Source of the DNA: a virus | DNA length: 64,000 nucleotides | Virus record (IMG/VR): IMGVR_UViG_3300013772_000003 | Coordinates: 1-64,000 of that record | Reading direction: 5' to 3' (one strand) | Part shown: positions 11,094-21,200 of the stretch, in pieces | Position numbering within the stretch: position 1 is the stretch's first letter | Layout: the number at the start of each line of letters is the position of its first letter | The notes under the pieces: generated by a model | What the model was told of the DNA's origin: nothing | The model's database searches: none | The model's input: the letters and a program-made list of their open reading frames with translations, nothing else | Program-made: the position numbers and the translations under genes

Positions 11094-12338
11094 GACAAGG
11101 AAACTCCGATGCCTTTAGGCTCGGAGAGGAATTGTCGTACTCCCACTTTAAATTGTTAATAATTATTTTCAAATATGTGAAACTTATTAGTATATTTGTA
11201 TTATGAAATTGACTTTGAAGATAAAACTTTTGCCTAACAAGGAACAATTCGATTCTCTCAAAAACACTGTGAGCGAAGCGAATAAAGCCTGTAATAATAT
11301 TTCTAAAACTGCTTTCACAAAAAAACTTTACAATAACTTTAAATTGCACAAAGAGGTTTACTATTCTACAAAAGAACAATTCAATCTTTCTGCACAAATG
11401 GTTGTACGTTGCATTAGTAAAGTTGCTGATGCCTATAAATTGGATAAAAAAGTCCAAAGAGAGTTTCGTCCACTTGGTGCAATTACTTATGATTCCCGAA
11501 TACTTACTTACAAAACCACCGATACGCTTTCTATTTGGTGTATTGGTGGCAGACAAAATATTCCATTTATTTGCCATAATACAAACTACCTTCCTTACAT
11601 ACAGGGAGAAGCTGATTTGGTATTTAAGAATGGGAATTTTTACATATTCCAAACAGTTGAAGTTCCCGAAGAACCGATAAAAAATATTGAAGAGTTTATT
11701 GGTTGCGATTTCGGCTTGACCGATATAGTCGTAACATCTGATGGCATTAAACATTCTGCCGAAGGGCTTAATAATTATAGAGAAAAGAAACAACGGATTC
11801 GTAGTTCCGTTCAATCCAAAGGCACGAAGTCTTCTAAAAGACTTTTGAAACGGCTTAGTGGGAGAGAAAAAACTACGGCAACAATCCAAAATCATACTAT
11901 TGCAAAATCTATTGTAAAGTCTGCTAAAGAACAAGGTAAAGGAATTTCTATTGAAGATTTGACTGGAATAAGATTTACTTCCAAAAGAAGAAATAAAACT
12001 TTCAGAACAAAACTTGGTAAATGGAATTTTGGTCAATTGCGTTCTCATCTTACTTACAAATCTTTGCTTAGTGGTGTTAAACTTATTGTTGTTGAACCTC
12101 GTTATACTTCTCAAACGTGCAGTTGTTGCTTGCATATTGGTAAAAGGACTAACAAGGTTTTTAAGTGTACAAATCCAAACTGTAAAGTAGATGTAATTGA
12201 TGCAGATTTTAACGCTGCTCAAAATATCTCCTTGCTTGGGGCTTCCGTAAATAAGCCCGAAAGTTCGACTATGTATTGCTCTTTGCATTATGTTGTTAGT
12301 TCTAAAGCACCTATCCCTTTAGGGTAGGTGTAATTTAC
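11094..12338 (+). mobile_element. IS200/IS605-family element carrying tnpB only (non-autonomous, IS1341-like)
   Basis: Left-end hairpin CTCCGATGCCT-TT-AGGCTCGGAG (11104-11126); right-end hairpin GCACCTATCCCT-TT-AGGGTAGGTGT (12307-12331) followed by AATTTAC; tnpB between them, opposite to the surrounding operon; no tnpA. Ends uncertain by a few nt. Confidence 0.88.
11203..12327 (+). CDS. tnpB: RNA-guided endonuclease TnpB
   Basis: 374 aa; RuvC-I IGCDFGL, RuvC-II ISIEDL, YTSQTCSCC...FKCTNPNC zinc finger, RuvC-III DADFNAAQNI; TATATTTG promoter at 11191-11198. Confidence 0.95.
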   Translation: MKLTLKIKLLPNKEQFDSLKNTVSEANKACNNISKTAFTKKLYNNFKLHKEVYYSTKEQFNLSAQMVVRCISKVADAYKLDKKVQREFRPLGAITYDSRILTYKTTDTLSIWCIGGRQNIPFICHNTNYLPYIQGEADLVFKNGNFYIFQTVEVPEEPIKNIEEFIGCDFGLTDIVVTSDGIKHSAEGLNNYREKKQRIRSSVQSKGTKSSKRLLKRLSGREKTTATIQNHTIAKSIVKSAKEQGKGISIEDLTGIRFTSKRRNKTFRTKLGKWNFGQLRSHLTYKSLLSGVKLIVVEPRYTSQTCSCCLHIGKRTNKVFKCTNPNCKVDVIDADFNAAQNISLLGASVNKPESSTMYCSLHYVVSSKAPIPLG

Positions 12339-12358
12339 CTTACTTATCTTTAAAATGT
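12190..12358 (+). ncRNA. Predicted TnpB omega/reRNA (scaffold overlapping tnpB 3' end, guide about 12339-12358)
   Basis: Inferred from established TnpB biology and the right-end hairpin; 5' boundary is approximate. Confidence 0.6.
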
Positions 12359-12783
12359 TCTACTCGTTCAAATACAGGCTTTACAACCAACTTCAATGCT
12401 AATTTATCTATCCCAGACGCAGGTTCAAAGTGGAACTCTCCCTCTGATAGGACATCTTCTACTACAAATATTAAGTCTGCAAGAAAAGGGAGTTTCAATC
12501 GGGTGTAAGCCATGCTCGGAATCAATTCTTCAACCTTCGTTTCTCGAACGGCTCCCCCCGTCTCAGAGACCGTTGTACAAAACCCCGACTCAGAAATCAT
12601 ATCAGATATTGCCTCATTTATCTTACGAAGTCCTTCTATGTCTGAAAAGACTATGATTTCGCCCAAACCTCCCACAGCATCTCCCCCCTCAATTGCTTTA
12701 GCTACAACTTTATCATAATCTTTTTTATAAAAACTGTGTAATTCCTCCTTTATTTGTTCTATTAAATTCTGATCTGTTTTCAT
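12340..12783 (-). CDS. Hypothetical protein
   Basis: 147 aa ORF, co-oriented, two AACCAAC motifs upstream. Confidence 0.7.
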   Translation of the reverse strand: MKTDQNLIEQIKEELHSFYKKDYDKVVAKAIEGGDAVGGLGEIIVFSDIEGLRKINEAISDMISESGFCTTVSETGGAVRETKVEELIPSMAYTRLKLPFLADLIFVVEDVLSEGEFHFEPASGIDKLALKLVVKPVFERVEHFKDK

Positions 12784-12807
12784 TTTATTGTTGGTTTTTG
12801 TTGGTTA

Positions 12808-14601
12808 CTAATCAAGGTACTCAATTTTATATCCTTTTGCCCGCAAAGCGCGGATTTCTTTCTCGCTCATATATTCCCCCTCATCATGTTGTCCACCCAT
12901 TTTCATGTTGCCCCGCGATTGTACCGGAGTATATTGATTGGGACGAAACGCTCCGCTATTACTTTCATAGTCGCCCCTATTCGCATTACCTGCTTGATTA
13001 ACTGAAAACTGGTTATCAGCATTTGTACGTTGCTTTAATAACTGTTGATTAGCAAAAGTATTCTGCGAATTTAATCCCGCTGTCAGGAAACTCATACCTC
13101 CTATAATTCCTTCCGCAGCTAATTGTCCGTTAAATCCTCGCTTCTGTCTTTGCTCGGGTTTCGCATTATTTAATTGCTGCGAAGAAACGCCGGAAGTAAT
13201 CGGATATGGATTATCTGTCTGCCCATTCATCATAGTTTGGTTTCCCGCCACTCCCGCACCTTCCGGAGTAGGTTCATTAGCGAAACTTCTTTGTTGTATC
13301 TGATTAGAAAGAAATCCAAAGGCACCTGATTGATTGTCAATTCTTAGTCCGCTGTCAGGAACGTAATCGTTATTGACTTCATTTCCTTCCCCCGCAGTCC
13401 CATCCAAATGCCCCATTCCCTGCATCCATTCTTTTGACATCACCTGTGTTCCTTGTTGTGCATACTGCTTTGGTTGCCCACCATACTTAGCCATTGCTTC
13501 TTGATGTAAACTTTGAAGGTTGTTTGCTTCCTCCATTGCAAGAGCAAAATGTGCATTGTTTGACAAGTAGCCCTTGAACGCATTGTTTCTGTTATTCAGG
13601 AAATCTTCTTGTGTTACTCCTTGAGGTGAACTTGATTTAGTTTGTCCGCCGGCTTTCATTACGTCTTTATGTGCGCTTTTGATAAGTGCTTTTAGAAACT
13701 CGCCGCCTCCTTGAAAAATATCTCCACCAAACTGATGCGTAGATGTGGGTGTGGGTGCAACTGATGCTGGCGGTGTTCCCCAAGTATCCCAATTACTTGG
13801 AGCATATTTCTTTTGAAGAGTAGCGCCATGCACCTTCTCATCATAGGGTACCATATCTTTTACAGAAGGAGCGCCTTCTGCGGGCATCTTTGTTGAATCT
13901 ATGACATATCTTTTATTTCCATAGGTAACGGGAAGGTACCCCGTAGGCTTCGCAGGCTGTTGTTCCCCGGGTTTAAGGGACTCTGCTTGATAACGAACAG
14001 TTGGTGTAGGATACCTCATTTGAGAGGTCTGACTGCCTACCCACTGATCGACCTGTACATTAGGATCTGATAATTTATGGTACTGTTGAACAGCTTTGAT
14101 AGTCTCCGGTGTTACCTTATTTTGAGGAAACTTACGTGTATAATCACTATCATTAAACTCCTTCAACATTTGGTCAGTATATGCCTGCTTTCCTTCAGGG
14201 GTGTTCATCTTTGGGTCGTTCTTCATCCCTTTGCTTTGCACAAATCCTTGGAAAGCATTCCATCCTCCGACATTAGCACCTTTAGGTATTTGGGTAGGAT
14301 CTTGATTAAAACGAACTTTCTTAGTAAGATCTACATTTGTAGTAGCTCCATATTGATTCCCTGAGTCAGCAGGAGAAGTTCCTTGTACATTCAAACCCTG
14401 TTGTGCAAACTGATAACCTCCACCATACTGAAAAAACGGATTATCGAAGTTGTTTTCATAATCTCCTTCTACAATATCTCCTCCAAACTGCAAGTGTCTT
14501 ACTTGTGGATAAGCATCGAAAAAAGAATTTTCATCAGGAAACTTCTTGTAGAATTCCTTCTCTGATTTTACTCCTGCTATACGTAAAAATTCCGCTTTCA
14601 T
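12808..14601 (-). CDS. Virion cargo protein with repeated x-x-GG motifs
   Basis: 597 aa, low-complexity Q/G/N-rich; QFGG, QYGG, QFGG, QGGG, KAGG, KYGG, KMGG. Confidence 0.6.
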   Translation of the reverse strand: MKAEFLRIAGVKSEKEFYKKFPDENSFFDAYPQVRHLQFGGDIVEGDYENNFDNPFFQYGGGYQFAQQGLNVQGTSPADSGNQYGATTNVDLTKKVRFNQDPTQIPKGANVGGWNAFQGFVQSKGMKNDPKMNTPEGKQAYTDQMLKEFNDSDYTRKFPQNKVTPETIKAVQQYHKLSDPNVQVDQWVGSQTSQMRYPTPTVRYQAESLKPGEQQPAKPTGYLPVTYGNKRYVIDSTKMPAEGAPSVKDMVPYDEKVHGATLQKKYAPSNWDTWGTPPASVAPTPTSTHQFGGDIFQGGGEFLKALIKSAHKDVMKAGGQTKSSSPQGVTQEDFLNNRNNAFKGYLSNNAHFALAMEEANNLQSLHQEAMAKYGGQPKQYAQQGTQVMSKEWMQGMGHLDGTAGEGNEVNNDYVPDSGLRIDNQSGAFGFLSNQIQQRSFANEPTPEGAGVAGNQTMMNGQTDNPYPITSGVSSQQLNNAKPEQRQKRGFNGQLAAEGIIGGMSFLTAGLNSQNTFANQQLLKQRTNADNQFSVNQAGNANRGDYESNSGAFRPNQYTPVQSRGNMKMGGQHDEGEYMSEKEIRALRAKGYKIEYLD

Positions 14602-15315
14602 CTATACTGGTATTTTAAAATTATCAAAACTTACGCAGGTGCCTTCCTCAAGTTCTTCCCGGTACTTTAGATACACTTTCAAATCTGCCTGCGCCTTAAT
14701 GTACTCAGGAAACGAAAGAGCCTCCTTAGACGGATAACCAAGTGCATATAATTCGCAACGCTCCTCTAACGCCTCCAAAGGAAAAAACTCATAATTAGCG
14801 TTTTTTATCATTACACAAGTTACTATATCTTTTTCAACTTTTCTTATAAAAAGTTCAGCGCCTCCCTTCTTACTATACCCAAGAACAAAGCCCCGGGAAG
14901 GACGCACTCTTTCAAATCGTCCCACCTCAAACAAAATTTTTATCTCCGCGCCATCTTTACCGGGAGTCTCTCCTTCTGTTAAACACTTTCTCACCAAATA
15001 TGTTCCGTGCGTTCTCTTTGTGTACTTCGCTACTACATGGTCGTAACAATGCTTTCTCATGTTTTCAAAACCCCCTTCCTGCTCTGTTTTTAAAGATTTC
15101 TCTAAAAGGAGTTGTTGTTCCCTCGTTTCCTTATAAAGTCTTTCAAAAGTTTCTTTAAGAAAATCTGTGTTCTCTATGCTCTCTATAACTCCCGCTTTTG
15201 CTTGCTCCAACGTGTGCCCTCCACCAAACATCTGAGTCCCTACTGTGAAAACAACACCGTAATAAACCCCGCCATCCTCTGCGCCTAACTTTTCTTCTGT
15301 TATTTTTACTTCCAT
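14602..15315 (-). CDS. Hypothetical protein with HicB-like N-terminal segment
   Basis: 237 aa; EDGGVYYG...GGGHTLEQAKAGVIESI resembles the HicB-type RNase H-like fold; weak. Confidence 0.45.
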   Translation of the reverse strand: MEVKITEEKLGAEDGGVYYGVVFTVGTQMFGGGHTLEQAKAGVIESIENTDFLKETFERLYKETREQQLLLEKSLKTEQEGGFENMRKHCYDHVVAKYTKRTHGTYLVRKCLTEGETPGKDGAEIKILFEVGRFERVRPSRGFVLGYSKKGGAELFIRKVEKDIVTCVMIKNANYEFFPLEALEERCELYALGYPSKEALSFPEYIKAQADLKVYLKYREELEEGTCVSFDNFKIPV

Positions 15316-15366
15316 ATTTATTTATTTTACCACTTTCTACGGGACTAATCTAAATAGGTTACAAAG

Positions 15367-17706
15367 TTAGTAATTATCCAACCAATTTTTAGTTTGTCCT
15401 CCACCTTTAAAAGCATCCAATATCTTATACGTTTTTGGGTCAACAATAAAATTGTTCTTAATGTCATAAGGTTTTCCTCCGATTAATCCCAAAGCTTCCA
15501 CTTTACGTAATGGTTTTTTATAATGCTTGTCTAATATTTTTTTATCTAACGCATCTTGTCTGGCATTAATAGGTCCTCGACTTTCCCAAGGATGCAAATC
15601 CCACCTATCATTAGATTGGAAATGTAAATTCCCTTCTGGGGTATGCTTTACGTCCCACCTAAAACTACCCATAATACCTGATGGATCGTTATCATAAATG
15701 CTGTGAGTAAATTCAGGGTTCTTAGATTTTTCCACTATTCTCCTTTGAACTCCTTTAAAATAGTCAGGATGGTTGCTGACGAACTTAGTTGGATCATCCC
15801 CCATATAAGGTTCGATTTGGTCACTTATAAACTTCTTCCTATCCATATCCACTCTTCTAAAATGATCTGGGTTCGGTTGGAATTTTTCAGGATTAATTTT
15901 ATACTTTCCTTCTCCGATCTGTGTAAAAGTGTTATGTTCTTGAGGTAATCCTAAAGCTGTTCTAAAAGCATCACTTCTGTTTTTTCCGGAACGCAATCCT
16001 TTTTCAATCCTTTCAATTTGGGAAGGGGAAGACTGACTCATTTTTTCTAAAACCGTTGCATTGGGATTATAACTCCCGGTCAATTCTTTCACTGCTTGTT
16101 TAAATGATTCAGGATGTCCCTCAAATCCTGCGGCAATATCCACAATCTTCTGTTCAGGATTCATGGTATATTTCACAAGATTAGGAATAAAATCCAATGC
16201 TTTTTGTTTTGCTCCGTATCCCACAGGATTTATCCCTTTATATATCGCTTCTTTACCTGCTTTCTTTAAAGTAGCTGCTGTTTTACCTATTGCAGGTCCT
16301 GCCATCTCATTAATCAAAGCATCTTGCATTACACCTGCGGAGTAATTAGCTGCCTGCATAGGATTACCGTGCGTTTTAATAACGTCTTCTTCGCTCATCG
16401 GCGAAAGTCGTGTAGCGTAACTTGCGAGCGTTCCTGCTGGATTATAAATCCAAGGATGTTCTAATTTTCTACTGATAGATTCCGAGCGGTTAATATCCTC
16501 CTGAGACATAGGTTTACTTGCGGATACTTGTGCTTGAGTTGATTGCGGACGATTTCTGATAGCATCTTGTTTCCACTTAGGAAGACTGTTGAACTCGATT
16601 TGTTCAGGAGAATATGGATGTAAGTTTTTATTGACCTGAGTGTTCCCACCACCCTCTTGGTAACGTTCTAACCACTCTCCCCCACCTTCAAATGTTTTAG
16701 TAAAAGATGCTCCTACATATCCCGGATAAGCACTTACACCTACTGTCCCCATCTTTCCGTTATAATTAACACCAATGTAAGGATTAAATTGCGAAGGCTT
16801 CTCCCAATCTGTCATAGACTTGCCTTGAAAATAATTACCAGCATTAACACTAAACTTCCCTTTTGCTGGTGTAAAGTCTAAACCAACATCATGATTAGTA
16901 GTTCCCATATAATCAGAAGACTCGTGATACCCGCTTAGTCCTTTATTCCCAATTAAACTGTTGTCTTTATAATCAGACACGTTTCCTAAATTTGGTTGAG
17001 GAAGAACTTCTCTCCCAACCTGTGCTTTAGGATTGTAAATATGTTTTCCATACGGTCCAAATACATCGTGATTACGTAACATTAATTCATTGATACTGGA
17101 CTGAATGTTTTTTGATGTATGACTTCTGTTATGTAAATTATGTTTACTTGTCGCATCTCTTAAATTATGTTGACCGCCGTGACGCATCTCTTCTTCTCCA
17201 TCATCCTGAGAACTCTCGTCAATCGGTTCTCCTGTTTCTTCATCAAGAAGGTTTCCGTCCTCGTCTGTACCTGCTACCTGAGCAAACAAAGTCCTCTGTG
17301 CATCAGATATAGGATTTCCCATTATATGTCCTTCTATCAATGCTTGTCGTGCATCCTCCGGAGATAAACCACCGTCAAATGCGTTCTGCTCTGTTTCTCC
17401 TCCATCTTGGTGTTTACGTTTCTTACTTTTTTTTGTGAAGTTGTAAGTCATCTCTTGTTGTCTGCGAACGTACTCCGCCCCAAAACCATCCCCACCATAC
17501 TGCGCCTTAATTGGAAACTCAATGACATGACTGCCTTTGAACACATACTCTCCGCCGGGTAACATGTGCTGAATATTGCCTAAGTTGTCAATGCCTATAA
17601 CTGGATGTGGAACATTCTGCATCGTAATTCTGTTGGAATTAATAACGTTGAAAGGGTTGTTCCGATCCGGTGAATTTTTTTTATATCCGTCCTTACTGGT
17701 TTTCAT
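15367..17706 (-). CDS. Virion cargo protein with repeated x-x-GG motifs
   Basis: 779 aa; N-terminal ITMQNVPHPVIGIDNLG...PGGEYVF domain; QYGG, QDGG, RHGG, EGGG, KGGG. Confidence 0.6.
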   Translation of the reverse strand: MKTSKDGYKKNSPDRNNPFNVINSNRITMQNVPHPVIGIDNLGNIQHMLPGGEYVFKGSHVIEFPIKAQYGGDGFGAEYVRRQQEMTYNFTKKSKKRKHQDGGETEQNAFDGGLSPEDARQALIEGHIMGNPISDAQRTLFAQVAGTDEDGNLLDEETGEPIDESSQDDGEEEMRHGGQHNLRDATSKHNLHNRSHTSKNIQSSINELMLRNHDVFGPYGKHIYNPKAQVGREVLPQPNLGNVSDYKDNSLIGNKGLSGYHESSDYMGTTNHDVGLDFTPAKGKFSVNAGNYFQGKSMTDWEKPSQFNPYIGVNYNGKMGTVGVSAYPGYVGASFTKTFEGGGEWLERYQEGGGNTQVNKNLHPYSPEQIEFNSLPKWKQDAIRNRPQSTQAQVSASKPMSQEDINRSESISRKLEHPWIYNPAGTLASYATRLSPMSEEDVIKTHGNPMQAANYSAGVMQDALINEMAGPAIGKTAATLKKAGKEAIYKGINPVGYGAKQKALDFIPNLVKYTMNPEQKIVDIAAGFEGHPESFKQAVKELTGSYNPNATVLEKMSQSSPSQIERIEKGLRSGKNRSDAFRTALGLPQEHNTFTQIGEGKYKINPEKFQPNPDHFRRVDMDRKKFISDQIEPYMGDDPTKFVSNHPDYFKGVQRRIVEKSKNPEFTHSIYDNDPSGIMGSFRWDVKHTPEGNLHFQSNDRWDLHPWESRGPINARQDALDKKILDKHYKKPLRKVEALGLIGGKPYDIKNNFIVDPKTYKILDAFKGGGQTKNWLDNY

Positions 17707-17947
17707 CGTCAGTTTTTGGATTTGGTTTCTTCAATAATTTTGCGGAAGCCCAGAGGTCGCAACAAAAATTTTCGTCAGGATAAGGTAGTTTATTATTCCC
17801 TCCCTGCCATTTCACAAATTCTTTATTCTTACATGTCTTATGATCCGTACCTAAGAACGAACAATTTTTACACATGCTGCCACCGTAAGGTACTTGAAGT
17901 CCTAATTTGTGTGATGCTGGGTATTTGAAATCGTGACCTCCGTACAT
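17693..17947 (-). CDS. Small Cys-rich protein (CxxC...C...CC; possible Fe-S/Zn binding)
   Basis: 84 aa; MCKNCSFL...TC...FCCDLW. Confidence 0.55.
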   Translation of the reverse strand: MYGGHDFKYPASHKLGLQVPYGGSMCKNCSFLGTDHKTCKNKEFVKWQGGNNKLPYPDENFCCDLWASAKLLKKPNPKTDDENQ

Positions 17948-18177
17948 TACTCTATTTTTTCAAAACTACGTTTACCTTTCATTACTAATTCCTCAGACTC
18001 ATTCGTATCCAAATGGTTTAAATAAATGACATCCAAGTAATACTCCGTAGCAACAGCTACTACCTTAGAAGAAGCATTAACATAAGTTTCTAAAACAAAC
18101 CCTTTCCCTAACTCTCCGTCACTTCTATTATAAAAATAGATTTCCGGATATTTGCCTTGAAATCGTGCAGTATTCAT
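17947..18177 (-). CDS. Hypothetical protein
   Basis: 76 aa; own TACATTTG promoter (18202-18209) and AACCAAC motif. Confidence 0.65.
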   Translation of the reverse strand: MNTARFQGKYPEIYFYNRSDGELGKGFVLETYVNASSKVVAVATEYYLDVIYLNHLDTNESEELVMKGKRSFEKIE

Positions 18178-18214
18178 CTTATTTTTATTTGTTGGTTTCT
18201 ACAAATGTAGTAAA

Positions 18215-21200
18215 TTATCTTGGAGATTGTTGTAGTTTTTGATCAGCCAAAATCAACAGGATTTTAACCTTACCAACAATATCCTTACGTAACCACACAG
18301 AGTTCTGATAATTTCTGAATCTTTTGTGCTCCGTAGGCGATTTTGCATAATCAAGATTAGCGTTGTTCAAAGCACGCACATACCCATTTGGGCTCGTATT
18401 CCAAATCATACGCCTTGCATTAGAAAATTCCCCACGATCAGACGTTAGATCGACCATTTGGTTGAAACGATATTTGTTCTCTACCTTGCTATACAAAATA
18501 TCAACACTACCTGCATTGTATTGAGGAAACGAAAGCTCTTTCCAAGGATCATTGTGAATGATCGGATTGAATTTAAGCATACCACTGCACTGCTCCGGAT
18601 TCCATATCACGGCTTTATCAAAAAAGTATTCCAACATTAAATATCTGTCATGGCAATTCCCTGCATCATACAGATAGTTCTCCATCTGTAATTCAATGCT
18701 ACGCAGCACATTCACTTGCTGTCCCGTATTAACTCGAAACTCAACCTCAAAAGGATAGTCAACTCCAAAATAATTACAATAAGAATCACATAAAATATTA
18801 TGAACATACAATCCCCCGGCGCCCAAACTGTCCGTCTGTGTGGTAAGGAACGTGTTCTTACCCTGCATCGTTAACTCCGGTTTCCAGTCGTGAAATGAAA
18901 TCCATTCCTTAGTCTTCGGATCGTAGCTTGCGGTGAAGCTCGCATCCTCAAAGTACGTAGGATCACCAAGCTTTATAGGAAGAACTCCTCCCACCTTGAA
19001 ATCATTCCTACCCGTATATTGAATTGAATTTGGCACCATAGAAGCACTTGTCACTACTACAAAACCATCTTTTAGTTTGTAATCCTTCTTCATAAAATAC
19101 ACCAAAGTATTTTGCTGATCAAAGGTAGATTGTGTTCCTACACCTATAACCGGATTATCTGTTAACTCAAAATCAGGAAATGATTGTGTCAGCATACAAG
19201 GAAGGTACTGAGCAAACCACCAATTCAAGTCTGTTCCTGATATTTCGGACATTCCCGCGCCCAACTGGTATTGAAATATATTACCGGTGCTTTGAGAAAT
19301 CCAGTACACACCCATAGGCGTATTAATCACAGACAATCTACCTTGACAAGATGCTGTTTCAAAGGACTTCTCTGCGTTTACCAAACTCTGCAACGGACGC
19401 GAGAACAACGCTCCTGTACCGATGGTGATTTCTGTATTTCCCATCTGCAAATTTTCTATGCTAACCATCTGCAACGGAGATTGATTCCCAAAGAAAAACA
19501 AGGCTCCTGTCTTATTGATTGCTTTTATATCTGTTACCGGCGTTATAAAATCATGGTAATTATTCGCTAAAAATATTAACCACGCATCCTTAATTGATTC
19601 CGATGATTGTTGATTTATAGCAGCAAAAGGTAAAGAAAATAAAACACGATTCTTATAGTGTACAAAACAAGATTCGTAAATAATAGGATCGTAGTTTATT
19701 GGTTGAATATTTGCCCAACTGATAAACGATGGAAATAATTTTGAAATGCTTAAACTGTAATCGTATTTGAAATAATTTCCTGCCTTAATAATGTCAGGAT
19801 TCATATCAAACATTGCTTTCTCGTCGGTATAACGATATGGATCGTAGTAACGCTGATTAATATTATCACCCCAATCTCTTAACTCTGTATTTACATCGGA
19901 CTCTACGAAAAAGTCACGAACCCCTGAGTTGGACAAATACATGTACGCATCCTTTACTCCGAAAAAACCAGATAATCCTCCTCTATCAAAAGCGTGCAAA
20001 CTTTGAGGCAAAAGATTAGTCCAAGAGCCTGTGGTAAATGCGGTTCCTAAACCAGAAATAACCTCAGCAATATCCCACTTATGCGTATCCATCCAATACA
20101 TAGGACGCGGCACATACTCCTTTAAACGATAATCAAATTCATATCCGTTAGGCTGTCCGTACATCCAATCGTAAAAGAAAAACATTGTGTTCTTCTCTGT
20201 GTAACGGGATACATACGTATCGCCACCAAATAGGACAGGGCTTACCACAGGAAACTTCCCTGCTGTACTAATAGTGCAAGAGCCTATTGGTATTTGATGT
20301 ACGCCGCCGATTTGTCCATATTGATTTTGAAGACGATTTTTAAGAGCCGTATAAGAACAGATGCTGAATGTGTTGAGAGGAATCAAAGGGTCCTGATGAG
20401 TAGGTCCAAGTCCTGTAGCTGTGTGTAAAGTTTGTTTTGTGTTATCTCCTGCCAAAAGACTTAACCCTACTGCTGTTTGTAAAGCAACAGATTTACCTCT
20501 GAATAAGTTATTAACCCTATACCCCGTACCTAAATCCTGCAATTGATCTTCAAGGTAGATTTCGTCAGAGATTGTTCTGCGAGTTTCTCCCAAGGAAGTG
20601 TTTGCAAACCCATCATAAAAACAATGAGACATATATTGTAGGGCATGTTGCTCCCAATTCAAAAAAGCTCTAATTAGATCAAGCGTTGTGTCCGTTCCTT
20701 GAGACCAGTAATTCACAAAAGCGGGAATTCCATTCAACATTCTTAAGAACGTAGGCACATTATCCCCGTCATCCTCTGTGGTTTGTTTTCCGTACCCGGT
20801 TGTTGACGGGACAATGTTGGTTGCATTAGCTAATCCTGCCAAGGCAAGATTCCACGCCTCTCTTCCCAATCCCGTTAAGGCAGTTATACCCGCTTGTGCT
20901 CCTCCAGTGAATCCTGTATCGACTCCACCCTCAGCCAAATCTGCTGCGGCGACTGCGGCGTCTCCCGTAGCAATAGCTGCAATTGTAGTAGGGACGGGAA
21001 CTAAATTATCCAAACCCCACGCTCCAGCTCCCGCAGGACCAACAAAAATACCAGACTCAACGGTTCCAATCCTTGTCGGATAAATTCTGGTTGTAGTACG
21101 CTGTCCAAGCGAGGAAATCATTGCAATACCTACCCCGGCGATTACCGCAGAAACAAAAGCTAAATCTGTAACAAACTTATGTCTTGGGTGCAGGTGAGGT

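Noticed and set aside
11086-12288. 400-aa minus-strand ORF
   Set aside because: Antisense shadow of tnpB, a common artefact in IS605 elements.
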